Source: Neocallimastix sp. 'constans' (taxonomy: Eukaryota). From it: a stretch of DNA of 64,000 nt. This document shows positions 31,334-44,792 of this stretch, one piece after another (within the stretch, counting starts at the first letter, position 1; each line of letters starts with the position of its first letter). The stretch covers positions 124,001-188,000 of the forward strand of contig JBODTK010000160.1 of assembly GCA_050613775.1 (NCBI GenBank), read 5' to 3'. The notes beneath the pieces are model-generated. The model did no database searches, was not told the origin of the DNA, and saw only the letters and a program-made list of their open reading frames with translations. Made by a program: the position numbers and the translations under genes.

Positions 31334-32725
31334 CGAGAGTCATTTCGCTAAGTATTATTTCGCTAAGTATCATTTCGTTAAGTATCATTTTACCAAGTTT
31401 TATTTCGCCTATTTTTTTGAAAGTATATGGCTTTTTTTTTCCCCAAATGAAATTATTAAATGAATAAATAAATAAATTAAATATTACAAATATGTATATT
31501 TAAATATTAAAGAAAAAAAATTTTTTTTCATATATAGATATCTTTATAGATATCTACTTAAATAAATAAATAATTAATAAATAATTGATAAATAATAAAT
31601 AATAAAATAAATAATATAAACAGTATAGTAATAATTACAAAAGGATTGTCATTAATAATAATAATAATAATGACGATTAAAATTAATAATAATTATTGTT
31701 ATTTATAAATATATATGTAAATGAATTAATAAAAATAATATTTTAGTACTTAGAAAAACATAAAAAAGCTTTTCTTACATCATTTTATGTTATAAATTAA
31801 TAATAAATAATATATAATAAATAATAAATAAGTAATATAAATTGTAGCAATAATTACAGAAACATCAATAATAATATTTATATAATAACCATGAAAATAA
31901 TAATAATAGTTATTATATATATATAAAATATAAATGAATTAAAATTATAATATAAAAAATTTTATACTTAAAAATATATTAAAAAAATAAAATAATCTCA
32001 TAAATACTTTATATCTTTCAGTTATACAAAAAAAAAAAAAAAAAAAAAAAAAGTAACAATTTTAAATATAAAAAAATTAAAAAAATAATATTTGGATAAT
32101 TAATATTTACTTAAAATATGCATAATTAAAAATACATATCATTAAAATTAATCATTAAAATAAAAAATAAAAGATTTATATATTTATTATCAAAATATTT
32201 TGAACTTTCCTTTTATTAACCCTGAATATATATATGATTATGATCAATTTTTGGAATTTTTAGAATATTTTAAATAAACTTATTTAATTAGCTATAAAAT
32301 TAAAAATTGGAATTATTATGATAATATTGAGCATATTACAAATAATGCTTCAGAATCTTTTAATAAATGTTTAAAAAAAATTATTTGAGAAAAACCCAAC
32401 TTTTTTTTCAATTATTATCAGAATTGCAAGAAGAAGAATCCAAATATTACATTGACTACAAAAGGAGAACTACTGGAATTTAAAAAAAAAAAAAAAATTA
32501 AAATATTAATACGGACTGAGAAAATCAAGGCTTTAGTTAAATGTTACAAAAATATGGAAATTTTATTAAAAAAAAATTTAAAATATTAATACGGGTTGAA
32601 AAAATTAAGGTTTTAGTTAAATATTACAAAAAATGGAAACTCTATTAAAAAAAAAAAAAATTAAAATATTAATACGGATTAAGAAAATCCAAGCTTTAGT
32701 TAAATATTACAAAAAATGGAAATTC

Positions 32726-32774
<49 letters not shown>

Positions 32775-33326
32775 GAAAGAAATGATTTCATTGAATTAAA
32801 AATGCTAAAATGATTTAAATATATTAGAACTATTAATTAATAAGAAATTAATAAGAAATAACAGAGAATTGACCAAATGAATTCTGTCGTAAATAATTAT
32901 AATTTATTAAGAGTTAAAATTATTTTTAAAAAAAAAAAAAAAAGAATATATGAATAAATACAATAATGATTAAAACATTTTTAATCTTTATTGGATTAAG
33001 TTAGCTTAAGAACATTAAAATATATCTTTATAATTAAATATTATAAACATTTACTTTATTACTATAAAATAAAATATTAAAAATATATCTTTATAATTAA
33101 ATATATTTTTATAAATAATTATTTTATTATTATATTATAAAATATAAAAATTATATTATTCGTAAAAATTATATTAAAATAATAAATATTATAAAAAAGT
33201 TTTAAAAAACCTTTTTTGAATTTTTAGTTATTTCATTCATTTATATCAATACGCCATTTGGCGAAATGCAACATTTTAATAATACGCCACTTGGTAAAAT
33301 GCGATTTGGTGAAATGCAACTCTTCC
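31334..33326 (+). mobile_element. Mutator/MULE-like DNA transposon deletion derivative
   Basis: Imperfect TIRs built from cattt(c/t)(g/a)c(c/t)aa units (31334-31410; inverted at 33250-33326); imperfect 9-bp TSD tctatcaag/ttaatcaag; transposase remnant FLEYFK*TYL...NWNYYDNIEHITNNASESFNK at ~32250-32375. Confidence 0.75.
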
Positions 33327-34484
33327 TTAATCAAGTATTATCACTACGAATATTTAATTAATATGTTATAAATTATTAATAAATAAAAATTTTTAATGAT
33401 ATATAATCATTTATAAAAAAAAAAAAAAAAAGAATTATTTTTTTATGCTTCTATTTCTTAATAAATCCTGATTAAAGTCATAAAAATAATGAGATACTTT
33501 ATTATGAATATATATAGTATTATAACAAAAAATTAATGATACATCAGACTCAAACAAAAGAATATATCACAATATATATTTTCAATATCAAATTTAATAT
33601 ATCCTAATAACCTTAATATTCAAAGTGAAGATAAAAATATTTTTGTTAATTTTAATTTTTTTCTTCCTTTATTTTTCCAATATATAAATATATCTAAAAT
33701 ACAATAATATTATACCTTATTATATGTCCTCCAGTATTTGAAGAACCTAATGAATAAATATCTCTAATATTGTTTTTTTCTTACAATATATTTTACAACT
33801 ATTTTATAAATTATATCTTTAAATGCATTTAATAATATTACTGAATTAATGAATAACAAATTATCAAAATATACATATTTATAGATATATTGTTGTGATT
33901 AATGAAATTATCATTAATTTTTGAATTAATTATAGTTATTTTGTTATTATAATTAAAATTTAAACTTCTTCCTCTACTAAACGTTTTTAATAAATGTAGT
34001 AATTAAATTATTTTAATAAATAAATAAATAAATAAAAGCGAATTACACTTTTAATAATATTAAAACAATATTCTTTAAATTAATGATGTATATTCGGCTG
34101 ACGTAGCATGCTCTAAAATTACCAACTATCAGAGTAATTGTATCTTTAAAATAGTGTATATCATATGTTTTAAAAGTAGATCTCTCCCTAGAAATTAAGT
34201 ATTTTTTATAATGATTTTACTATAAGTATTATAAATTTTGAATTTAGAACACCTAAAGAACCACTTTATAAAAATTCATTTGTATAAAATTTATAGAGTT
34301 CCCATATTAAATTTGAGTTAAGTTAAATTATTATAATAAGAATAATGAATTATTGTTGGCACACAATTTGAATCCGATATAATTACTGAATTATTTAATA
34401 TTGGAAAATGTGACTTTTTACAATTTTAATAAATAAATTAATAAATAAATTAATTAATTAATAAATAATGTAAATTAGGGTTAA

Positions 34485-34620
34485 TATTTTTTTTTTTTTT
34501 TTTTTTTTTAAACTTTCCCTTGTAAGTCTGATCATATTATCCCAGTCACAACAGACAACTAATACCAGACAAACTTTATAGCGGGGTTGTATCAGGATGT
34601 CCATATATGGTGCTACCTCC
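34485..34620 (-). mobile_element. Short poly(A)-tailed retroposed insert (SINE or extreme LINE 3' end)
   Basis: ~110-nt GC-richer body plus a T run at 34487-34509, flanked by the perfect 12-bp direct repeat AATTAGGGTTAA (34473-34484, 34621-34632). Confidence 0.75.
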
Positions 34621-37600
34621 AATTAGGGTTAAGAAAATAAAATTTTCTTTAAATCAATAAAGTATTTAAAATAATATATATATATATATATATATTTAAA
34701 ATTCAAAAAGACTTATATATCTTTTTAAAATATTTTTAAAAATAACATATTTTTTAAAAAAAATATTCTTTATATTAAAAAAAAAAAAAAATTAAAATTA
34801 GAAGTTTTATATATCTTTAAAATAAATGAGTAAATAAAATAATCTTTATAAGTGAAATATTATTTAAGAATAAAGTATTATTTAAAAAAATAAATATTTT
34901 TGAAATTTTCATAATTTATATATTAAAAAAATATAATATTCATGAAATTTATAAATAATATTTAAAATAAAAATAAAAATAAATAAAAATAAAAAAAAAA
35001 TACAAATAAAACAAATAATAAAAATAAAAAAAAATAAAAATAAAATAAAATGGCTTATATATCTTAAATATAAATATATATAAAAAAAATAATATTCTTT
35101 AAAAATTCTTAAAAATATAAAAAAAAAATAAAATTCTTTAAAAAAATTAATATTTTTATTAATATAAAAATAAAATCTTCTTAAAAATATAAAAAAAATT
35201 AATTTTTTTAGGTTAATTTTTTAAAAAAATTTTAAGTTTTAAAAAATATGAAAATTAAATATAAAAATAAAAGTACTCTATAAAAAAAATATTCGTAAAA
35301 AATAAATATTTAAATAAAAGTTTTAGAAAAAATAATTTTTTTTTTTGTTTTTTAAACCTTCCAAGTTTATTAATTTAAATAAAAATTGCAAATAAATTAT
35401 GAATTTTATTAAATATATTAATTGTTATCTATGTATTTCTTCATAGAAACCATGATTAGAGATTAGAGTCTATATCTGATATAATATTATAATTTTCATT
35501 TAATGTCTATTATTAGAAAAAAGAATGATGAATATATATATATATATACATAGAATTTTAGGGATAAAGATTATTTTTCCTAATAAAAATTATGTTATTA
35601 ACATAATAATAAATTTTTGATTCTAAATTTTTTTTAATCTTTAAAATATATAAATTTTTATAGTGTAAATAAATAATGAATTTTATTAAATAAATAAATT
35701 TAGCAAAAATTATGAACATATATGTTAATTATTTATTACAATCATCAAAACTTTTAATTATATATTATTTTTTAACAAATAATTAATATTTGAAATTTAT
35801 TTATATAAATAATTAAATATGATGAACATAAAAAGTTTTTTGTATTATTATCTAACATAATAAAAATAATAATTATAATTTATTAAAAGAATTTGTATTG
35901 CTTAAAAAAACAATTATAAAATTCATTTACTAAAAGTTTCTGATATTTAAATTGAAATAATCTGTAGATTTACTTTTTATTTATATATTTTTTAAATAAA
36001 TAATTAATTAATAAATTTAAATAAATAAATGATATTAAATTTTGAATTAAATATTATATTATTTTCATTTCATTTGATGTAACATTAATCATAAATTTCA
36101 TAATATTATATATATCAAATTTACTAAAAGAAATTAATAAATATTATAAAATTCATATTCCGCAGAAATAAATAAATACCGCAGAAATTAATGAATATTT
36201 AATAATAAATTTAATACAGCAAAACAAAAAATGAATTAAACAAGATTTTAGAATTATTAGAGATATTAAAATTGAATCTTATGAAATACTAGAATTTTTT
36301 TTTTTATTATAAAATAATAAAAACAAATATAAATAATATTTTTTAATATATACAATTTTATGGCTATTCAATATAAATGTTAAGGATATTTGCAATAAAT
36401 CAATAAAAAATAAATCAATAAAAAATAAATAAATAATAAATAATAAATAAATAATAATAAATAATAAATAATAAATAAATAATAATAAATAAATAATAAT
36501 AAATAATAAATAATAAATAATAAATAATAAATATTTAAATATTTAAATAAATAAATAAATAATATATAATAAATAAATAAATAAAAATAAATAAATAAAT
36601 AAATAAATTACATTTAGATAAATAAAAAAATTTTTAAATAATTAGATGTATTAATAAATAAATAATGCTGATTGAGTTTTTATCTTTAAATATATGTATA
36701 AACCTTTTCATTAAAGGTTATTAGCATATTAATTTATTTCATAATTATTATCTCTAATAATAATTATTAAATAAATATTTTGTATTGAGCGAAGAGTTGT
36801 TATGAAAGACCATGTTGAAAGTGTTGAATCTATTTGAAGGGTTAGGACCGCCTGATCAGGCCATTTTGTAACTGTGAATCTCTACAGTCTTCTCTTCTTA
36901 GAAGCTGTTTATGATTTAAGTATGCGGAATAATTTCTGTATACATGAATTATAAACAGAATTCAATATAAGTTTAAGCATATATTATAATATACACATTT
37001 TTTTGTGCTAATATTTAAAGTTTGTGTAAAAATTTAAATAAATTTTAGGGGCTACTGGAGATATAATTACTTTGGTTAAATCTTTCTCCTTATATAAAAA
37101 TTATTTATATTAAAATTTAATAATAAACTTTGCATATTACAATATTACATATTATTTTGTATTGTATTACATTGTAAAGAAAATAAAAAATTTAAACCTA
37201 TTTTACTATTCATACCCTAATATATAAATTTTTAATATTTATAATTAAGCCACAAATATAGTTTTTGTAATTGAATATACAAAAAGTTAGTTACACAAGT
37301 CATGTGAAATTAAAAGTAATATCATAAAATTATATAAATGAATTTTTAATATATATTTAAAAACTAATAATACATAAAATTTGTATTTTAAACTTTATTT
37401 CTTATAATTTATAATTATATATAAATATTTTTAATAATTTATAATACATTAAACTATAACTAAAAAAAAAAATAACTGTATTATTAATTATTATATTATT
37501 ATATCTTTACACTATACGTTCATTATTTAGAATTATTAAAGAAATATGCAACGGAAAATGTTTTAATCAGACAATTTATAAAAATATTATTATATATTTA

Positions 37601-39233
37601 TTTCAATATTTTATGTATTATATTATTTATTTATTTTTTATTGTTTATATCCATTTAATGTTTAAAATTTATATTATTTATTATTTATGATTGAAGTATT
37701 TATTATTTATTATACATTATTTAATCTTTTTAGTTTTTTTATTTATTATTCATATTTGTGTTTTGTATTTAATCCTCATTGTCTATTTATTATTTTATTC
37801 ATTATTAATCATTGAATTCATTTTTATTCATTGTTATTTTATTTATTATTATATATTCATTATTTATATATAAAAAATTTTTTTTTTTAACAAATTAAAT
37901 TATAGGTAGATTATTATATTTTAATGTTTATATTATTAATGTTTATACTATATATTAAACATAAATATAAAAATTTGATAAATACTTTTTGGTATTTATC
38001 AATATATTTTAACATATAAAAATATATTTATTTAATATAATATTAATATATACAATTAATTAATTAATTAGATAATATATTTATTTGTATTTGAATATAT
38101 TCACAATAAATTATTCAATTCATCCCTAAGAATTTTATTTGTTCAATTATTGTTCTTAGATATTTACTTATATGGAAATTAAACTTTTTTTTTCATTAAT
38201 ATATAACTTTAAATATAATCAAAATAGTTTATGAAATAAACATATTTTATTTATATATTATATTAATTGGATTGTTAAATTTTTAAGTTATTATTTATTG
38301 ATTTATTAACTTAGAAGTTTAAATAATATTAAAATTTAACCCAGTAAAAAAATATACTTTAAATAAACTTTATTATATGATAATTATTTAACAGATTTTA
38401 ATATTAGTTGTACATATATAAATTTTAATATATTTATAATATATATTAATATATATTTTTATATAAATATATATTATTTGTAATTTTTTATCATAATCTA
38501 TAAGAATAATAATCTATTATATTAGTTATAATATATTTATAATTTTTGAAATATATTAATTCTAATAATTTATAATAATATAAAAAAAAAAATTTAATTT
38601 AAATTTTTTTTTAATATCAATATTAAATAAAAAAAAAATTTTGAATTGTTAAAAAAAGGCAATATTTTTTATTTTTTTTAATATAATTTAATAAATCCTG
38701 TGTTGATGTATATATTTAACAATAAAACAAAAAACGGCACTTTTCAAATTTTTTTTTTTTATTTATAAATATTTTTTTCTCTCTTTTTTTTTTTTTTTTT
38801 TTTATTTACGTTTTACGATTTATTTTATCTTTCATTTTACAATTTTATAAAACATTTATTTTTAAAGTTCTCTTATTCATTATTTATATTTGGAAATTGT
38901 GAAAATTGTAAAAATAGAAATAAAATATTTTTTTTTATCGTTGACAAACGAATAGAATAAACTCCTTTTCTTATTTAATTTGAAAAATTAAATAAAAATA
39001 TCATTTATTTATTCTATATATATATATTCATACCAGTATAATTACACTATTAAATATATATACATAAAGAAAATTGAATTTCAATTATTAAGAAAGAAAA
39101 TAAAATAAACTTTAAAATAATAATAAAATATAAAGATATTTATAATACTCAAAATAAAATAATATACAAAAAAATAAAAAAGAAATTTATTATTGTTTTG
39201 ATTTTATATTAATAAATTTTTAAATAAATAAAG

Positions 39234-41378
39234 ATGAATAAATTATTAGTATTAACTATTTTAATACAATACTTAGAATTATATGCAAATGCTTTATATA
39301 CTCCTGAAAGAGTTCATAAGGTTTACCAAGATATTACTGTTTCAAATGAATTTGAATATGAAAATTCAACAGATACAATCATAAATGATACCAATTTACA
39401 ATTAGGACATATGAAAAGAAGTGAAAATAATTTATCAGGTAATATATTTACAAGAATAATAAATAAATTCAAAAATAAAAATTCAAGAAATATTAGAAAA
39501 AGACAAAACATTACTTCACCAAATGACTATAAAGAAATTGCTATAAAACATTTAGTTGATGAAGTTGGTATTACAAGAGAAGAACTTGTTATCAAAGATA
39601 TAATTACTGATGGAAGTCTTGTTAATGTTCATTTTCGTCAAGTCATTGGTGGAAAAGTATTATCAAATGTTGCTGCTAATGTTAATATTCATAGAAAAAC
39701 CGGAAATATTATTTCATTTGGTAGTACATTAATACCAACAGCTATGAGAGATACTTCTCAAGCCGAAGGTGATGTAAATATTGAATTTGTTCCTGTATTA
39801 CCAATTGATAAGATTTATAATTCTAAATTTATTTATGGTAACCAAGAAGCAAAATTAAATATAAATGATGCTATTGTTAAATTTTCTACCACATTGGGTT
39901 ATAATGTTAATGCTAACCAATTACAAATGGTAGAAAATGGTCGTCCTGATATAATTACAATAAAAGGTGTTGGTTACACTTACGACGATGCGATTGATGT
40001 TGAAGAAAAAGTTATTCCATTAAATGCAGATAAATTTGATCATGTATATGAATTAACTGTTGAATTAGAAGATCATCTTTTTGTAGCTGATATTTCAACA
40101 ACTACAGGTGAATTATATGATATATACGATTTGGCTAGAAGTGCTACATTCCGTGCTGTTCCATGGCAAAATGTTGATATTGGTGAAGGAAGTAAACTTA
40201 TTGTTGATCCAGAAAATAAAAAAGCATCACCAAGAGGTTGGAATAGAGATGGAAAATACCTCTATTATTATACTAATGGTAATAATGTTAAAGCTGTACT
40301 TGATTGGGATGCTAATGTTTCTTATTCAGAAAACAAGAAATTTATTGCAACATCTACTAAAAAGGAATTAATTTTTGATTACAAATATAATAGTTCAGCT
40401 GTTAAAGCTAGAGATAATTATCAAGCTGCTGTTACCAATGTTTTCTATATTACTAACATATTACACGATTTCTTTTATATGTATGGTTTTACTGAGAAAT
40501 TTGGTAATTTCCAAACTAATAATTGGAATAAAGGAGGTGAAGGTAATGATCAATTAATTGTCCTTGTACAAAATGGAAGTGGTAATAATAATGCTTATAT
40601 GATTACTGGTGCTGATGGAAAAAGTCCAAGAATGAAGCTTTTAATTTACAATAGAATAAAGGAATATGAAAGAGATTCAGCATTTTCTAACCAAGTTATT
40701 ATTCATGAATTTACTCATGGTGTTAGTGCAAGATTAGTTGGTGGACCATCCCAAACTGGTTGTTTCAAAGATGGTGAAGCTGATTCTATTAATGAAGGTT
40801 TATCTGATTTCTTCTCACTTCTTTTAACTACCAAAAAGAATGAAAATCGTAAGAAGGAACTTATTTGGGCAAAATGGCTTTCTAATGGTACTTCTAGAAA
40901 ATATAAATATACCATGAATCAAAAAGTAAATCCATTAAAATATAGTAATTTATCACATGCAAAGGATAAAGAAGTTGAACCTCACTTTGGTGGACAACTT
41001 TGGGCTTCTATAATGTATGATGTCATTTGGGAAGTTATTGATGAATATGGTTTTTCAAATAATATTTTATTAAATTCCAGTGAAGGTGAAAAAACTTATA
41101 GTTTAGAAGTTAATTCAAGAGACCTACCGGGAAATATTCGTTTAGCTAAAATCGTAGTAGATGCTTTAAAGCTTATGCCATGTAATCCTACTTTTATAGA
41201 AGCTAGAGATTCTATATTTTTAGCTCAACGACAATTCTCTAATTTCAAAAGAATGAGATGTGCATTATGGAGAGGTTTTGCTGCACGTGGATTAGGTACA
41301 AATGCTAAAAAACCTTCTAAAGATGCAAATGGAAATGTTAAATATGTTGATAATCATGACATCCCAAGTGATTGTTAA
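39234..41378 (+). CDS. Secreted fungalysin-family (M36) zinc metallopeptidase preproprotein, 714 aa, intronless
   Basis: Signal peptide; FTP-like prodomain (VHFRQVIGG..NVAANVNI); ASPRGW, TNGNNV, YGFTEKFGNFQ, HEFTHGVSARLVGG, EGLSD, PCNPTF..ARD, FAARGLG. Confidence 0.95.
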   Translation: MNKLLVLTILIQYLELYANALYTPERVHKVYQDITVSNEFEYENSTDTIINDTNLQLGHMKRSENNLSGNIFTRIINKFKNKNSRNIRKRQNITSPNDYKEIAIKHLVDEVGITREELVIKDIITDGSLVNVHFRQVIGGKVLSNVAANVNIHRKTGNIISFGSTLIPTAMRDTSQAEGDVNIEFVPVLPIDKIYNSKFIYGNQEAKLNINDAIVKFSTTLGYNVNANQLQMVENGRPDIITIKGVGYTYDDAIDVEEKVIPLNADKFDHVYELTVELEDHLFVADISTTTGELYDIYDLARSATFRAVPWQNVDIGEGSKLIVDPENKKASPRGWNRDGKYLYYYTNGNNVKAVLDWDANVSYSENKKFIATSTKKELIFDYKYNSSAVKARDNYQAAVTNVFYITNILHDFFYMYGFTEKFGNFQTNNWNKGGEGNDQLIVLVQNGSGNNNAYMITGADGKSPRMKLLIYNRIKEYERDSAFSNQVIIHEFTHGVSARLVGGPSQTGCFKDGEADSINEGLSDFFSLLLTTKKNENRKKELIWAKWLSNGTSRKYKYTMNQKVNPLKYSNLSHAKDKEVEPHFGGQLWASIMYDVIWEVIDEYGFSNNILLNSSEGEKTYSLEVNSRDLPGNIRLAKIVVDALKLMPCNPTFIEARDSIFLAQRQFSNFKRMRCALWRGFAARGLGTNAKKPSKDANGNVKYVDNHDIPSDC

Positions 41379-42092
41379 ATTAAAATTTAAAAAAAAAAAA
41401 AATTCAAAAAAAAAAAAATTTCGAATTTTATTAATCATATAGAAAAAAAAAAAAATTTTTTTTAATTACATTTTACCATAATATATTATTATTTTTATTT
41501 ATATATATATTTCTTTATTATAATAAATTTTTTTATTAATCAATTTTTTTTTTTATTTTATTTTCAAATCTTTTTATTTATTAGTTTTTTTTTAATATAT
41601 ATATTTGAAAGTAAATTAAATTGTCAAAATAATTTTTCTTAATTATTTTTATTTAGAGTTTTAATTTAGAATTTTATATTATTAATTAAAGTTTTTTTTT
41701 ATTCATATAATCATTCTTTCTTCTTTAAAAAAGGAGTAAAATAAAAATAAAATTTAAAAAAAAAAAAAAAGAAATAATAATAAAAATAATAAAAAATAAA
41801 AATAAATAACTGAATATATGTTAAATTTTGGTTAAACAATAAAAGATAAATAAATTATTTTTTTGTTGATTTTTTTTTTTAAAAAAAAAAAATTGTTAAT
41901 TAAATGATTTTTTAAATGTAATTTAAAAAAAAAAAAGTTTTATATATAATTTACTAAATTTATTATAATTATAATAGTTTTTTTTTTTTTTTTTTCGAGC
42001 ACCTAAAGGCCAGTAGATATAGAAATTAGTGAATAATGTAGTAACCATTAAAAAAATCTTTTTTACTTTAACAATTCTTTTTTTATTTTTTA

Positions 42093-42123
<31 letters not shown>

Positions 42124-42634
42124 ATAGTATTAAGAAATATATATAATAAAATATTATATTAATTACATGTAAAATTTATTAAAATTAAAATTAAAATTAA
42201 AATTAAAATTAATGAATTGAAAAAAAAAAAAAGTTTTAAATGAATTAAAATTAACTTTTGTATATTTTTTTTTTTCGGTTTATAAAGAAAAACTTTTTTT
42301 TTTATCCATTTTAAAAAATTATTATATCTTTTATTAAATAAAACTATAAAAAAAAAAAAAAAAGTTAATAACTAACTTTAATAACCTTTTTTTATATCAT
42401 TAATGAAGCCGCAAAAATTTTTTTTGTATTTTTTATTTTTTATATATTTTTTATTAATTATTTTTATTAATTATTTTTATTATTTTAAAATATTATTCGA
42501 TCGAAAAAGCATGAGTCATATTTAAGAAATATTAAATAATTTGGATTTTGAAAACTTTAATATTAATAAAAAAAAAAAATAAAAAAAAAAAAAAAACATA
42601 CTATATTATCATCTTATATGATATCATTAATTAC

Positions 42635-42718
42635 TTATTAAAAATTGATAATTTATAATTAAAACTATAAATTATTTTTAAATATGAGTTTTAATTATAA
42701 ATTATCAATTTTTAATAA
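42635..42718. repeat. Perfect 32-bp inverted repeat with 20-nt spacer
   Basis: ttattaaaaattgataatttataattaaaact / agttttaattataaattatcaatttttaataa. Confidence 0.85.
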
Positions 42719-43204
42719 TTAAAACTAAAAACTTCTTTATGATATTCATCAAAAATAATAATTCATGATAATGATAAAAAAAAAAAAAAAAAAAAAGTAT
42801 CTACTCAAATAAATAAATAAATAAAATAATAAATAAATAAATAATAAAAAAATAAATAAATTAATAAATAAAAAAGGAATAAGAAATTGAAACATGACCA
42901 TTATTATTGAGAATAATACTTTATATTCATAGTTATATTTTATATTTTTAATATTTTATATATTGTATAAATCATTAATTAATGTTCATTTTTAAAAATA
43001 ATAAATAGTTATATAATAAATAATAAATAATAATAATAAAAAGATTATTTATTATTAAACAATAAACAAATAAATAATAAATAATAAATAATAATTAAAT
43101 AAATAATAAATTATAAATAATAAATAATAAATTATAAATGATAAATAATAAATAATAAATAATATAATAATAATAATATAATAATATAATAATAAATAAT
43201 AATA

Positions 43205-43238
<34 letters not shown>

Positions 43239-44059
43239 GTAAATTATAATAATAATAAATAATAATAATAAAAAGAATTATAAAATAATTTGAATATTTA
43301 TTTTTAACAAAATAATTGAAATATAATATTTCTTAACAGGACACTTAAATATATAAATATACATATATATATTTAAATAAAATTTAAGTTTTAAAAAAAT
43401 AATATTTATATAAATATTATATGTAGAAGAGTTTTAGAAACCTTCGTTAAAGTTATGAATGAATATAAACATTATTTACAATATTTATAGGGCAGCATGA
43501 GCTAGCTACCAAATTATTGATCGTATTTCAATTAATCCAAGTTTATTGAAACTATATTACTGGATAATCAAACCACATGGAGATATATACCAAAAAAAAA
43601 AAAAAAAATAACTGGGAAAGTCAATTAAGTTGTATTTATTGTTCATATTCGATATTAAACAGAAAAAATCATAATAAATAGATTGTATATATTTCTCACA
43701 TTAAATATAAGCACAAAAAAAAAAAAAAAAAGAAAAAAAAAACATTAAAAAATTATAAAAATAAATAAATGATTAAAAAAATATAAAAATAAATAAATAA
43801 TTAAAAAATTATAAAAATAAATAAATGATTAAAAAATATAAAAATAAATAAATGATTAAAAAAATATAAAATTAAATAAATAATTAAACCAAATCTCTAT
43901 TTCAAATATTTATATTTATTAATTCATTATTCTCTTAATGATTATATAATCAAATCTATCTATTGATTAAAAATTGAATTATTAAATAATATATAAAGGA
44001 TATAAATAATCCTTTATATATATATATACTCTAATATATATTACACCCGTATTTATTAA

Positions 44060-44092
<33 letters not shown>

Positions 44093-44106
44093 ATACTTAA
44101 ATCATA

Positions 44107-44138
<32 letters not shown>

Positions 44139-44492
44139 ATATTTTAAAATATTTAAAAATATTTATTTTTTAACAAAAATTATTATAATGAAAACATTTC
44201 TAAAAATTTAATATATATATATATTATATATTATTAAATTATATATATAAATTTTATATGTACATAAATTATAGATGGTATGTATTAAATATATATAAAT
44301 ATTTTTTTTTTTTTTTTTTTTGAATATTATTTAAATAGAATTCTATATACTATAGTAATAAATTTAATAAATATAATATATTATTGATAAGTTCTATATG
44401 TATATATTTATATATAGATTTTAGATATTAAATGAAATTGAATTAAAAAAAAAAAAAAAATTACAAAAATTAATTCATTTAAAGTACAAATA

Positions 44493-44526
<34 letters not shown>

Positions 44527-44792
44527 ATTAAATTGTATATTATTACCGTTATTATTATTATACTATTATATTATTATATTATTATACTATTATATTTAAA
44601 ATAAATATATTATATGAATATATCAAATATTTTTTGATGGTTATTATTATTATAAAATATAATTATTTAATATATAATAATTATTATTTTTGTAAATATT
44701 GTATTTTATTCATTTACATAATTATTTTGGATGAATTTATTGTTTTAGGTTTTCTGTTTTATTATTTTATTATTTGCCTTAACTAGTATAGT

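Noticed and set aside
31340..31410. CRISPR-like short repeats
   Set aside because: These are ~15-bp tandem units without unique spacers, there are no cas genes, and they are mirrored at 33250-33326 as transposon TIR subrepeats.
33700..33770. Possible USP His-box remnant (LGSSNTGGH) on the minus strand
   Set aside because: Too short, needs frameshifts, and has no supporting Cys-box or open frame.
36835..36850. Telomerase RNA template (CTAACCCT on the minus strand)
   Set aside because: Only 8 nt match and no other telomerase RNA elements are recognisable.
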